Shown piece after piece: positions 15,725 through 25,127 of a stretch of DNA of 32,000 bases. The translations under genes and the position numbers were made by a program. The stretch is from Akkermansia muciniphila ATCC BAA-835 (lineage in GTDB: Bacteria; Verrucomicrobiota; Verrucomicrobiia; Verrucomicrobiales; Akkermansiaceae), in NCBI RefSeq assembly GCF_000020225.1, contig NC_010655.1, positions 2,430,001 through 2,462,000 of the forward strand, read 5' to 3'. Position 1 is the stretch's first letter, and every line of letters starts with the position of its first letter. The notes below the pieces were generated by a model that saw only the letters and a program-made list of their open reading frames with translations, had not been told where the DNA came from and did no database searches.

Positions 15725-17011
15725 ATGAGTAAGAACCATCGATTTGAAACACGCCAGATCCATGTGGGTCAGGAAAGTCCGGATCCGGCCACCGATGCGC
15801 GCGCCGTGCCTATTTACGCCACCACTTCGTATGTCTTCAAAGACTCGGAACAGGCGGCAGGCCGTTTTGCCCTGGCGGAGCCGGGCAATATTTATAACCG
15901 CCTGATGAACCCTACCGCAGATGTTTTTGAAAAACGCATCGCCTCCCTGGAAGGAGGGACGGCCGCGCTGGCCGTCTCCACCGGGGCTGCCGCTGTCACG
16001 TATGCCATCCAGAACATCGCCCGGGCCGGGGACCACATCGTTTCTTCTTCCACCGTATATGGCGGGACGTATAATCTCTTTGCCAATACGCTGGCGGACG
16101 CCGGCATAGAAACCACTTTCGTGGATGCAAGGGACGTTCAGAATTTTTCCAGGGCCATCCGGAACAATACCAAGGCCCTGTACGTGGAAAGCCTGGGCAA
16201 CCCGAACTGCGACATCGTGGATATGGAAGCGCTGGCGGAAGTGGCGCACGCCCACGGCATCCCGCTCATTGTGGACAGCACGTTCGCCACGCCCTTCCTG
16301 TTCCGCCCCCTGGAACACGGAGCGGACATCGTGGTGCATTCCGCTACCAAATTCATCGGCGGCCACGGCACGGTGATGGGCGGCGTGATTGTGGACGGCG
16401 GTAAATTCGACTGGACGCAGAACGACAAGTTCCCCGGCATCAGCAAGCCCAACCCCAATTACCACGGAGCCGTGTTCGCTGAGGTATGCGGCAATCTGGC
16501 CTATATCGTCAAAATCCGGGCCACCCTGCTGCGGGATACGGGAGCCACCATCAGCCCGTTCAACTCCTTCCTGCTGCTCCAGGGGCTGGAAACACTCTCC
16601 CTGCGGGTGGAACGCCATGTGCAGAACGCCCTGCGCGTAGCGGACTATCTGGCCTCCCATCCCCAGGTGGAGAGGGTGAACCATCCCTCCCTGCCGGACC
16701 ATCCGGACCACGACCTTTACAAGAGATACTACCCGAACGGGGGCGGCTCCATCTTCACCTTTGAAATCAAGGGTGGCGCGGAAAAAGCTCGCAAATTCTG
16801 CGAAAGCCTGGAACTATTCTCCCTGCTCGCGAACGTGGCGGACGTCAAGTCCCTGGTGATTCATCCGGCCTCCACCACCCATTCCCAGATGACGGAGGAG
16901 GAACTGAAGGCGGGAGGCATTACGCCATCCACCGTGCGGCTTTCCATCGGGACGGAACATATCGACGATATTCTGGAAGATCTGGAACAAGGCTTCCGCG
17001 CCATTCTCTAA
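15725..17011 (+). CDS. metY: O-acetylhomoserine sulfhydrylase (PLP-dependent, Cys/Met metabolism family)
   Basis: 428 aa. FETRQIHVGQ..., NPT..VFE.RIA.LEGG and SATKFIGGHG (PLP lysine) are typical of MetY/MetZ-type enzymes. Confidence 0.88.
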   Translation: MSKNHRFETRQIHVGQESPDPATDARAVPIYATTSYVFKDSEQAAGRFALAEPGNIYNRLMNPTADVFEKRIASLEGGTAALAVSTGAAAVTYAIQNIARAGDHIVSSSTVYGGTYNLFANTLADAGIETTFVDARDVQNFSRAIRNNTKALYVESLGNPNCDIVDMEALAEVAHAHGIPLIVDSTFATPFLFRPLEHGADIVVHSATKFIGGHGTVMGGVIVDGGKFDWTQNDKFPGISKPNPNYHGAVFAEVCGNLAYIVKIRATLLRDTGATISPFNSFLLLQGLETLSLRVERHVQNALRVADYLASHPQVERVNHPSLPDHPDHDLYKRYYPNGGGSIFTFEIKGGAEKARKFCESLELFSLLANVADVKSLVIHPASTTHSQMTEEELKAGGITPSTVRLSIGTEHIDDILEDLEQGFRAIL

Positions 17012-17047
17012 CGATTTAACGGCAGCAACGCTCTTTTCCTACAAGCC

Positions 17048-17977
17048 ATGAGAATTTACAAAAACATTACGGAACTGATCGGCGGCACCCCGTTGCTGGA
17101 ACTGACCAATTACGAACGCAGGAATGGCCTGAACGCCACGCTCCTGGCCAAGCTGGAATACCTGAACCCTGCCGGCAGCGTGAAAGACCGCATTGCCCAG
17201 GCCATGATTGATGCGGCGGAAGCCGCCGGGAAGCTGAAGCCGGATTCCGTCATCATTGAGCCCACCAGCGGAAACACGGGCATCGGCCTGGCGGCGGTGG
17301 CCACTTCACGCGGGTACCGGATTATATTGACCATGCCGGAGACGATGAGCGTGGAACGCCGCAACCTTCTGAAAGCCTACGGCGCGGAACTGGTGCTGAC
17401 GGACGGCGCGCTGGGCATGAAGGGAGCCATCTCCAAGGCGGAGGAACTGGCCGCGGGACTGCCCAACAGCTTTATCCCCGGCCAGTTCGCCAACCCGTCC
17501 AACCCGGAAGCGCATTTCCGCACCACAGGCCCGGAAATCTGGAATGATACAGAAGGCAAAGCGGATATTTTTGTGGCGGGCGTGGGTACCGGAGGCACCA
17601 TCACAGGCGTGGGCAAGTACCTTAAAACCCGTAATCCGGACATCCGGATCGTGGCTGTGGAGCCGTTCTCCTCCCCCGTGCTGACCCAGGGCACGGCCGG
17701 CCCCCACAAGATTCAGGGCATTGGCGCGGGCTTCGTGCCGGGAACGCTGGACACCTCCGTGTACGATGAAGTCATCGCCGTTACCAATGAAGACGCTTTC
17801 TCCACAGGGAAGGAACTGGCGCGCACGGACGGCGTGCTGACGGGTATTTCCTCCGGAGCAGCTCTCTGGGCCGCCACACAGGTGGCGCGGCGCCCGGAGA
17901 ATGAAGGAAAGACCATCGTCGTCCTGCTGCCGGACACGGGGGACCGCTATCTTTCCACCCCTCTGTTTACGGACTGA
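17048..17977 (+). CDS. cysK: Cysteine synthase A (O-acetylserine sulfhydrylase)
   Basis: 309 aa. The motifs [31 protein letters not shown] and [10 protein letters not shown] are present. Confidence 0.95.
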   Translation: MRIYKNITELIGGTPLLELTNYERRNGLNATLLAKLEYLNPAGSVKDRIAQAMIDAAEAAGKLKPDSVIIEPTSGNTGIGLAAVATSRGYRIILTMPETMSVERRNLLKAYGAELVLTDGALGMKGAISKAEELAAGLPNSFIPGQFANPSNPEAHFRTTGPEIWNDTEGKADIFVAGVGTGGTITGVGKYLKTRNPDIRIVAVEPFSSPVLTQGTAGPHKIQGIGAGFVPGTLDTSVYDEVIAVTNEDAFSTGKELARTDGVLTGISSGAALWAATQVARRPENEGKTIVVLLPDTGDRYLSTPLFTD

Positions 17978-17995
17978 TTCCTTCCATTCCCTGCC

Positions 17996-18610
17996 ATGAA
18001 AAAATTCAATCTCCATCTCTACCTGGTTACGGATGAAGCATCCAAATGCCGCCTCAGCCTTCTGGAAACCGTACGGAAAGCGGCGGACGGAGGAGTTACC
18101 ATCGTGCAGTACCGCTCCACCAATCCGGATGCGGGAACCTGTTACCGGGAAGCTTTGCCCATACGGGATTTCCTGGCTTCCCGCGGTATTCCCTTCATCG
18201 TCAACAACCGCATTGACCTGGCTCTGGCGCTGGAAGCAGACGGCGTCCACATCGGCCAGAGGGATCTTCCGGTTCCATCCGTCAGAGCCATGATCGGCCC
18301 GGATAAAATCCTGGGACTGTCCGTCTCCAATAAGGAACAGCTCCGCGCCGTGGATGCCTCCCTGGTGGACTACCTGGGCATGGGCCCCGTCTTCCCCACC
18401 ATTTCCAAGCTGAACGCGCCTCCCGTGCTGGGCGTGGAAGGCTTCGCCGCTCTGGCTTCCCAATCTCCCCTGCCCGTTGTCGCCATCGGCGGACTGGACG
18501 CGGAACGGGCCCGTCAAGTGCGCGCCACGGGAACCGCCTCCGGAATTGCCGTTGTCTCCGCCATTTGCGGAGCGGAGAATCCGGAAACCGCCGCACGGGC
18601 TCTTGCCTGA
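17996..18610 (+). CDS. thiE: Thiamine-phosphate synthase
   Basis: 204 aa. LYLVTD..., VQYR..., VNNRIDLALALEADGVHIGQRDL and IGGL are typical ThiE. The gene starts 18 nt after the cysK stop. Confidence 0.9.
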   Translation: MKKFNLHLYLVTDEASKCRLSLLETVRKAADGGVTIVQYRSTNPDAGTCYREALPIRDFLASRGIPFIVNNRIDLALALEADGVHIGQRDLPVPSVRAMIGPDKILGLSVSNKEQLRAVDASLVDYLGMGPVFPTISKLNAPPVLGVEGFAALASQSPLPVVAIGGLDAERARQVRATGTASGIAVVSAICGAENPETAARALA

Positions 18611-18657
18611 CGGACGTACCGCAGGAAATACCGGACAATCAAGCACTTTTTTACGCC

Positions 18658-19473
18658 ATGCTTTCATCGACAGACCTTGTTCAAGCCGTTACCGCCGATT
18701 TGGGAAAAATCCGGGAAACGGCCCCGCTGGTTCTCTCCCTGACCAATTCCGTCGTCCAGCCCCTGACGGCCAATCTCCTGCTGGCCATAGGCGCCGTCCC
18801 CGCCATGCTCAACGACGCGGAAGAAGCGGTGGACATGCTCCGCAGCGGAACAGGCGCCCTGCTGGTCAACCTGGGCACCGTGACGCGTGAACAGGGAGCC
18901 GCCATGCAAACGGCGGTGCGGGAAGCCAACCGGCTGAATATCCCCTGGGTGCTGGATCCTGTGGCCGTAGGGGCTCTTTCCCTGCGCACGCGGCTGGCGG
19001 GGCAATTGAAGGAACAATCCCCCCGCATCATCCGCGGAAACGCTTCTGAAATCATGGCCCTGGCCGGCTATTCCTCCGTCACGAAAGGGCCGGAAAGCAC
19101 CAGCTCCAGCGCAGACGCCCTGCATGCGGCCAGGGAACTGGCCCTGCACACGGGGGCGGCCGTGCTCGTTACGGGGCGTACGGATTATTCCACTGACGGC
19201 CGCCAGGTAACCGCCACGGAAAACGGCCACGCCATGATGTCCCGGGTTACGGGCGTGGGCTGTTCCATGGGAGCCCTGTCCGCCGCCTGCGCCGCCGTCT
19301 CCCCCACCCCCCTGCAGGCGGCCGTTTCCACAGCCGTACTCATGGGCATTGCCGGAGAAATGGCCTTTGAACAAAGCCCCTCCCCCGGTTCCTTTGCCGT
19401 ATCATTGCTGGACAGCCTTTACGCCCTTTCTCCGGAAGACGTTGTCCGCAGAGCGCGCTTTCTTTCCCTTTGA
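18658..19473 (+). CDS. thiM: Hydroxyethylthiazole kinase
   Basis: PLVLSLTNSVVQPLTANLLLAIGAVPAM and VTGVGCSMGAL are ThiM motifs. I trimmed the start from 18565 to the ATG at 18658 to remove the overlap with thiE. Confidence 0.9.
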   Translation: MLSSTDLVQAVTADLGKIRETAPLVLSLTNSVVQPLTANLLLAIGAVPAMLNDAEEAVDMLRSGTGALLVNLGTVTREQGAAMQTAVREANRLNIPWVLDPVAVGALSLRTRLAGQLKEQSPRIIRGNASEIMALAGYSSVTKGPESTSSSADALHAARELALHTGAAVLVTGRTDYSTDGRQVTATENGHAMMSRVTGVGCSMGALSAACAAVSPTPLQAAVSTAVLMGIAGEMAFEQSPSPGSFAVSLLDSLYALSPEDVVRRARFLSL

Positions 19474-19760
19474 CAGTCTTCTCTTCCCCGGAAAGCAACT
19501 CCGCTGCCATGCACACGGCCTGACCCGGAAATCTCCGGAAGGGGAAGCACATCACCAGGAGCTGCCCGGGAGAGGGGAACCTCCGGCACCCTCCCCGCTA
19601 GAACAACCTGCGCCATATTTTCAGGCATTCCGCCTGCGGAGCAGGAAGCGGCATGCCGGGGACCTGACGAATCCCGGCACAGCCATTTGCCTATGCCGAC
19701 CGCCAGAGCGCCGGAACCGCAAGCGGATTTAGTGTTGAGAAATACCTGCGGCCTTTTATA

Positions 19761-20246
19761 ATGGAGGCAACCCATTTCAGCATGGCAAACTCCACTACCA
19801 CGCAAAAACTCTGCAACTGGTTCATTCAGCAGGCGAACGCCAAGGAGCTCATCCTGACGCCCGTCAAACTGAACCATCTGGTCATTCTGGCGGACTGGTG
19901 GCATCTGCACCGGACTGGCGCTTTCCTGATCAATGAACGGGTGGAAGCCTGGCCTTCCGGTCCGGTACTTCCTTCCATTTATCATGAATACAAGGATCAG
20001 CCGCCCTACTCTTCCATAGAGCATCCCAGCCGCCGCCAGCCCCCTTTGGAGGAGGAAACGGACATTATCCCCTTTCTGGAGCATATCTGGAACGTCTATG
20101 GCAAATATACGGCCCAGCAGCTCGGACGCATCAACACCGCCCCGTCCTCCCCATGGAAGCAGTCCCAGGGCAAGCATGAACAGGCGCACCGCCAGCAAAT
20201 CACGGAGGAGCACGTACAGGCGTACTTTAAAAGCCTGGCCGGATAG
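19761..20246 (+). CDS. Panacea/DUF4065 (SocA/GepA-like antitoxin-domain) protein
   Basis: 161 aa. LTPVKLNHLVILADWWHLHRTGAFLINERVEAWPSGPVLPSIYHEYK matches the DUF4065 core pattern (KLQKLLY.aqgW.L...g.pLf.e.feAW..GPV.p.vY). Confidence 0.65.
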   Translation: MEATHFSMANSTTTQKLCNWFIQQANAKELILTPVKLNHLVILADWWHLHRTGAFLINERVEAWPSGPVLPSIYHEYKDQPPYSSIEHPSRRQPPLEEETDIIPFLEHIWNVYGKYTAQQLGRINTAPSSPWKQSQGKHEQAHRQQITEEHVQAYFKSLAG

Positions 20247-20321
20247 TTCCGGAAAAAACAGCCTGCCGCTTACCTGTACAGCCTTTTTCCAATCAAAACA
20301 TATCTTTGAGTAAAAAAAAAC

Positions 20322-20350
20322 TTGCAAAAAACGGCCTCTTCCGCTTTAAT
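20322..20350 (+). promoter_or_regulatory. Candidate tRNA-Gln promoter
   Basis: TTGCAA (20322-20327), 17 nt, then TTTAAT (20345-20350), about 30 nt upstream of the tRNA. Confidence 0.35.
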
Positions 20351-20380
20351 GCGCCCGCGCCGCAAAAGCGCCCGTTACAT

Positions 20381-20455
20381 AGCCCTATAGTGTAATCGGT
20401 AACACAGCGGATTCTGGTTCCGTATTTTGGGGTTCGAGTCCTCATAGGGCTACCA
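20381..20455 (+). tRNA. tRNA-Gln (anticodon CTG)
   Basis: Hand-folded cloverleaf. Acceptor stem AGCCCTA/TAGGGCT, anticodon stem GCGGA/TCCGT with loop TTCTGGT, T-arm TGGGG-TTCGAGT-CCTCA, and an encoded CCA. Confidence 0.88.
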
Positions 20456-20468
20456 CTTCTAATAAAAA

Positions 20469-20500
20469 GGCCGTCTCTCCGGAGGCGGCCTTTTTATTTT
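20469..20500 (+). terminator. Rho-independent terminator after tRNA-Gln
   Basis: A 9-bp stem, ggccgtctc/gaggcggcc with loop tccg, is followed by tttttatttt. Confidence 0.7.
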
Positions 20501-20607
20501 CTTTCTATTACCGATTCCGCTCTGGACAACAAGGAGACGGCAAAAAATCTGGAAGCAAAAGATGATTCTTTGACAGAACCTGTTTCCTCCCCGTTTATAT
20601 TGGAAAT

Positions 20608-22089
20608 ATGGCACGTCCCTTACCCATTCTCGGCGGCATTCTGCTATCCTTCTCCCCTCCGGCAGAAGCAACAGCCCAATACAGCATTATCCCTGAGCCG
20701 TCCAGAACGGAACTCAGACAGGAAACAGCTAAAACTTTACAGCTTCTTTCCGACCAGGAAGTTCCGACCCTGGAAACGGACGCCTACCGGCTCACGGTCA
20801 CCCCGCAGGGGGCGCACCTTGCTTCCGGAGGAAGGGAAGGCAGAATTTACGGGCTGGCAACCCTCCGCCAGCTCCGGGACCAGCTGGCGGGACAGCCGGA
20901 GGGCATTCCCTGCGGCGTCATCACGGACAAGCCGCGCTATCCGTGGCGCGGCCTCATGGTGGATCCCGCGCGGCATTTCATCCCCGCGGCCGATCTGAAA
21001 AAATTTGTGGATATGATGGCCTACTACAAATTCAACAGGCTGCACCTGCATCTGACGGACAACCAGGGCTGGAGGCTGCCCGTGCCCGGCTACCCCAAAT
21101 TGAAAAGCGTCGCATCCAGGCGGGAGGAAAGCTTCGGAGACGGAATCCCCCACGAAGGGATGTACACCAAACAGGAACTGAAGGAACTGGTGGCGTACTG
21201 CGCAGCGCGCGGCATTGATGTCATCCCTGAAATAGACATGCCGGGCCACAACCAGGCGCTTCATGCCGCCTACCCGGAATTTTTCTGCTTCCCCAAACCG
21301 GACATGAACGTGCGGACGACAGCGGGAAACAGCAAGGAACTGGTCTGTCCCCAGAAGCCGGAAGTCTGGAAATTTTATGCCTCCGTCTTTAATGAACTCA
21401 AGGATATCTTCCCGTCCGGTATCGTTCATCTGGGCGGGGACGAGGCCCCCACGGAACTCTGGGAAAAATGCCCTCTGTGCCGGGAAGCCCGGACCAGGGC
21501 AGCCATGAAAGACGAACAGGAACAGATGAAAGCCTTTTTTGCGAAAACGGCAGCTCTGCTTGCCAAAAACGGGCAAACGCCGCAATTCTGGTATGAGGGG
21601 AACGCCGGCATTTACCATCCGGGGGAAACGGTTTACGCATGGCGGCAAGGCCAGGCCCTCCAGTCCATTGAGAAGACGAAAAAGGCGGGATTGAACCTGA
21701 TTATGGCCTCCAGCGAATACTGTTACCTGGATTTTCCCCAGATTCAGGGGCAGCGCAACTGGGGATGGATGAAAACCACCACCCTGCAAAAATGTTATGA
21801 CCTGGATCCCGCTTTTGGAAAACCGGAGAAAGAGGCAGGCCATATCCGGGGCGTGCATGCCCCCGTATGGGCGGAACGCCTGCCGGACTTGAACCACTTG
21901 CTTTACCGCGCCTATCCCCGCGCCTGCGCCATTGCGGAAGCCGGCTGGTCACCGATGGGCGTGCGCTCCTGGGAAAACTTCCGGCGCAAGCTGGCCGACC
22001 ACCGTCAATTCATCCTCAAACGCTTCAATTATGATATGGAGCGCACTCAGGGGAATGAACCGGCCTTCCGCTGGGAAAACAACAAGTAA
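20608..22089 (+). CDS. GH20 beta-N-acetylhexosaminidase, paralog 1
   Basis: 493 aa. It has a signal-like N-terminus, DKPRYPWRGLMVDPARHF, HLHLTDNQGWR, EIDMPGH and HLGGDE (the catalytic D-E pair). Confidence 0.9.
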   Translation: MARPLPILGGILLSFSPPAEATAQYSIIPEPSRTELRQETAKTLQLLSDQEVPTLETDAYRLTVTPQGAHLASGGREGRIYGLATLRQLRDQLAGQPEGIPCGVITDKPRYPWRGLMVDPARHFIPAADLKKFVDMMAYYKFNRLHLHLTDNQGWRLPVPGYPKLKSVASRREESFGDGIPHEGMYTKQELKELVAYCAARGIDVIPEIDMPGHNQALHAAYPEFFCFPKPDMNVRTTAGNSKELVCPQKPEVWKFYASVFNELKDIFPSGIVHLGGDEAPTELWEKCPLCREARTRAAMKDEQEQMKAFFAKTAALLAKNGQTPQFWYEGNAGIYHPGETVYAWRQGQALQSIEKTKKAGLNLIMASSEYCYLDFPQIQGQRNWGWMKTTTLQKCYDLDPAFGKPEKEAGHIRGVHAPVWAERLPDLNHLLYRAYPRACAIAEAGWSPMGVRSWENFRRKLADHRQFILKRFNYDMERTQGNEPAFRWENNK

Positions 22090-22153
22090 TTTCACCGTTT
22101 TTCCTTATCACGCATCCCTTACCATGGTAGAATCTTTTCCGAAACAGTTCTTC

Positions 22154-23638
22154 ATGATGTTTAAACTGCCCCTCATCCTGGCCTGCGCCATTTTTTCCGC
22201 CCACATGGCATGTGCCGCCGCAGCGGACAAATACAGCGTTATCCCTGAACCGGAAAAAACGGAGCTGCAGCACAACAGTACCAGAACCTTAAAACTTCTT
22301 TCCGACCAGGAGGCTCCGACCCTGGGAACGGACGCCTACCGGCTCACAGTCACCCCGCAGGGGGCGCACCTTGCTTCCGGAGGAAGGGAAGGCAGAATTT
22401 ACGGGCTGGCAACCCTCCGCCAGCTCCGGGACCAGCTGGCGGGACAGCCGGAGGGCATCCCCTGCGGCGTCATCACGGACAAGCCGCGCTATCCGTGGCG
22501 CGGCCTCATGGTAGATCCCGCACGCTTTTTCATCCCCACGGCCGATCTGAAAAAATTTGTGGATATGATGGCCTACTACAAATTCAACAAGCTCCAGATC
22601 CACTTGACGGACGACCAGGGGTGGCGTCTTCCGGTGCCCGGCTACCCCAAACTCAAAAGCATCTCCTCCAAACGGAAAGAAAGCATGCGCAACGGAATCC
22701 CCCATGAAGGGATGTACACCAAACAGGAACTGAAAGAGCTGGTGGCGTACTGCGCAGCGCGCGGCATTGAGGTCATCCCTGAAATAGACGTGCCGGGGCA
22801 CAACCAAGCCCTGGCGGCAGCCTACCCTGAATTCTTCTGCTTCCCGAACCCGGATACGAAAGTGAAGACCGATGAAGGCGTCACCCTCCACCTCATCTGC
22901 CCGCATAAACCGGAAGTCTGGAAATTTTATGCCGCTGTTTTCAAGGAACTCAAAGATATTTTCCCGTCCGGCATCGTCCATCTGGGCGGCGATGAAGCAC
23001 CCCTGGAAAAAACCTGGGCCAAATGCCCCCTCAGCATCCAGTACCGGGAGCAAAAAGGCATGAAGGACGTCCACGAGGAATTGAAGGAATTCATCAAAAA
23101 AATGTCCTCCATGCTGGCTGTTCACGGCAAGCGCATCCAACTATGGTATGAAAAACCGTGGGCCAGGGCCAACATCTACAACAAAGGAGACACCGTCTTC
23201 ACCTGGCGCATGGGACTGACACCGTCCACCATCACGGAGACGAAAAAGCAGGGGCTCTCCCTGATCATTGCTGCCGGGGAATACTGTTACCTGGACTATC
23301 CGCAACTTCCAGGGCAAAGCAACCGGGGATGGATGCCCACCACCACGCTGGAGCAAAGCTACAGGCTGGACCCCGCCTACGGCAGACCAGAAAAGGAAAC
23401 AAACCATATCACCGGCGTTCAGGGCACCGTGTGGGGAGAACATCTCCCTACCCTGAACCACATTCTCTACCGCGCCTATCCGCGTGCCTGCGCCATTGCG
23501 GAAGCCGGCTGGTCACCGATGAACGTGCGCTCCTGGGAAAACTTCCGGCGCAAGCTGGCCGACCACCGTCAATTCATCCTCAAACGCTTCAATTATGATA
23601 TGGAGCGCACCAAAGAAAACGAACCGCCTTTCAAATAA
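22154..23638 (+). CDS. GH20 beta-N-acetylhexosaminidase, paralog 2
   Basis: Same motif set as paralog 1 (HLTDDQGWR, EIDVPGH, HLGGDE). I trimmed the start to the ATG at 22154 (MMFKLPLILACAIFSAHMACAAA, a signal peptide). The ORF-track start at 21932 reads through the end of paralog 1. Confidence 0.9.
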   Translation: MMFKLPLILACAIFSAHMACAAAADKYSVIPEPEKTELQHNSTRTLKLLSDQEAPTLGTDAYRLTVTPQGAHLASGGREGRIYGLATLRQLRDQLAGQPEGIPCGVITDKPRYPWRGLMVDPARFFIPTADLKKFVDMMAYYKFNKLQIHLTDDQGWRLPVPGYPKLKSISSKRKESMRNGIPHEGMYTKQELKELVAYCAARGIEVIPEIDVPGHNQALAAAYPEFFCFPNPDTKVKTDEGVTLHLICPHKPEVWKFYAAVFKELKDIFPSGIVHLGGDEAPLEKTWAKCPLSIQYREQKGMKDVHEELKEFIKKMSSMLAVHGKRIQLWYEKPWARANIYNKGDTVFTWRMGLTPSTITETKKQGLSLIIAAGEYCYLDYPQLPGQSNRGWMPTTTLEQSYRLDPAYGRPEKETNHITGVQGTVWGEHLPTLNHILYRAYPRACAIAEAGWSPMNVRSWENFRRKLADHRQFILKRFNYDMERTKENEPPFK

Positions 23639-23656
23639 TCCGCACTCTCTTTTCCC

Positions 23657-24676
23657 ATGAGCAACATCAAATTTGCACGTCCGCACCGCCCTTCCGTAGA
23701 AGAACTGGCCCAGGGAGTACTGGCCGGAAACCGCGCCCTGCTGGGAAGGGCCATTACACTGATAGAAAGCAATGCCGTCCGGGACCAGGAATCTTCCCGC
23801 GCCCTCATCTCCAGGCTCCTTCCCCATTCGGGCAACGCCGTCCGCATCGGCATTACGGGCGTTCCGGGCGCCGGGAAATCCTCTTTCATTGAAGCCTTCG
23901 GCACTTACCTGTGCAAAAAAGGGTTCAAGGTGGCTGTGCTGGCTATTGACCCGTCTTCTTCAGTCTCCCGCGGTTCCATTATGGGAGACAAAACACGCAT
24001 GGAGGAACTCTCCGGAGAGGAAAACGCCTTCATCCGCCCTTCCCCCTCCGGCGGCTCTTTGGGCGGCGTAGCCCGGAAAACGCGTGAAACCATGATTGCA
24101 TGCGAAGCTGCGGGCTTTGACATTATTCTCATTGAAACCGTGGGAGTCGGCCAGTCGGAAACTACGGTGCGCTCCATGGTGGACATTTTCATGCTCCTGC
24201 TCATCACCGGAGCCGGGGACGATCTCCAGGGCATCAAGCGGGGCATCATGGAACTGGCGGATATCCTAGTAGTTACCAAAGATGACGGCGACAACCGCCA
24301 GCGCGCCGCAGCCCACTGCCAGGAACTGAAAATGGTACTCCACTACCTGCAAAGCCCCACTCCCGGCTGGACGCCCTCCGTCCTCACCTGTTCCTCCCTG
24401 GAGGGACGCGGCCTGGACACCATTGAAGAGACGCTCTTCCGCTTCCGGGACAGCATGAAGGAATCCGGATTCTGGTACAGCCGCCGCCGGAGCCAGTCCC
24501 TTTCATGGGTCCAGTCCCTGGTGCATGAAGCCCTGCTCACCGCTTTTGAACAGCACCCCGCCGTAGCGTCCCGCATGCCCATTCTGGAAAACATGGTGGC
24601 GGGGGACAAAATGGACCCCGTTTCCGCCGCACATGACCTGCTGAGCCACTTTACTTATCCCGCGCCCGGACATTAA
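23657..24676 (+). CDS. meaB: Methylmalonyl-CoA mutase accessory GTPase (MeaB/ArgK)
   Basis: 339 aa. It has the P-loop GITGVPGAGKSSFIEA, plus AIDPSS, ETVGVGQSE and VVTKDD, which are G3E-family motifs. Confidence 0.9.
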   Translation: MSNIKFARPHRPSVEELAQGVLAGNRALLGRAITLIESNAVRDQESSRALISRLLPHSGNAVRIGITGVPGAGKSSFIEAFGTYLCKKGFKVAVLAIDPSSSVSRGSIMGDKTRMEELSGEENAFIRPSPSGGSLGGVARKTRETMIACEAAGFDIILIETVGVGQSETTVRSMVDIFMLLLITGAGDDLQGIKRGIMELADILVVTKDDGDNRQRAAAHCQELKMVLHYLQSPTPGWTPSVLTCSSLEGRGLDTIEETLFRFRDSMKESGFWYSRRRSQSLSWVQSLVHEALLTAFEQHPAVASRMPILENMVAGDKMDPVSAAHDLLSHFTYPAPGH

Positions 24677-25127
24677 AGAAATCTTCCAGAACCCTGGCGT
24701 AAACTTTCTTTTTAAACTCCGGCAGCCACTCCAGCTTAAATTCGGCTGGGGCTATCCACTTGTAATCGCAAAACTCCCGGTCATCCAGGACGGGTTCCGG
24801 AGCGTCCGCATGCAGCCAGCACAGGAAATACTCCTGCGCCTGCCCAACAAAAGGCTGCCGCCGCTTTTCACGAACATACTCCAGCACCTCCGGCGGATAA
24901 TCGTAACGATACCCCTTCCGGGATTCCACAATATTATACTGGGACGGCAAAAACCCCACTTCCTCCCCAATCTCGCGCCGCACGGCTTCCAAAGCCGTTT
25001 CCCCCGGGTCAATTCCGCCCTGGGGAAACTGCCAGGCTCCTTTCTGCCCGGAACGCTCGCAAATCAACAATTTCCCGTCCTGCCGGACCATCATCCCCGC
25101 AACATTCGGACGATACAATCTTTCCAT
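24651..25127 (-). CDS. rppH: Nudix hydrolase, RNA pyrophosphohydrolase-like
   Basis: YRPNVAGMMV...WQFPQGGIDPGETALEAVRREIGEEVG is a Nudix box with RppH-like context. I trimmed the start to the ATG at 25127. The 3' end overlaps meaB convergently by 26 nt. Confidence 0.75.
   Translation of the reverse strand: MERLYRPNVAGMMVRQDGKLLICERSGQKGAWQFPQGGIDPGETALEAVRREIGEEVGFLPSQYNIVESRKGYRYDYPPEVLEYVREKRRQPFVGQAQEYFLCWLHADAPEPVLDDREFCDYKWIAPAEFKLEWLPEFKKKVYARVLEDFFNVRARDK

Noticed and set aside
17978-18657. A TPP (THI-box) riboswitch upstream of thiE or thiM.
   Set aside because: The intergenic gaps are only 18 nt and 47 nt, too short for an aptamer of about 100 nt, and I saw no THI-box-like CUGAGA core.
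19419-20327. 302-aa minus-strand ORF spanning the thiM end, the gap and the Panacea gene.
   Set aside because: It overlaps two better-supported plus-strand genes and has no recognisable motifs, so it is a shadow ORF.
21932-22153. N-terminal extensions given by the ORF track for several genes: 21932 for GH20-2, 3049 for M60, 13859 for alr, 18565 for thiM, 25388 for the sulfatase-like gene, 25214 for the Nudix gene, 30322 for the MBL gene and 31490 for pyrC.
   Set aside because: The extensions overlap upstream genes or repeats and lack family similarity. Internal ATGs give canonical N-termini or signal peptides.
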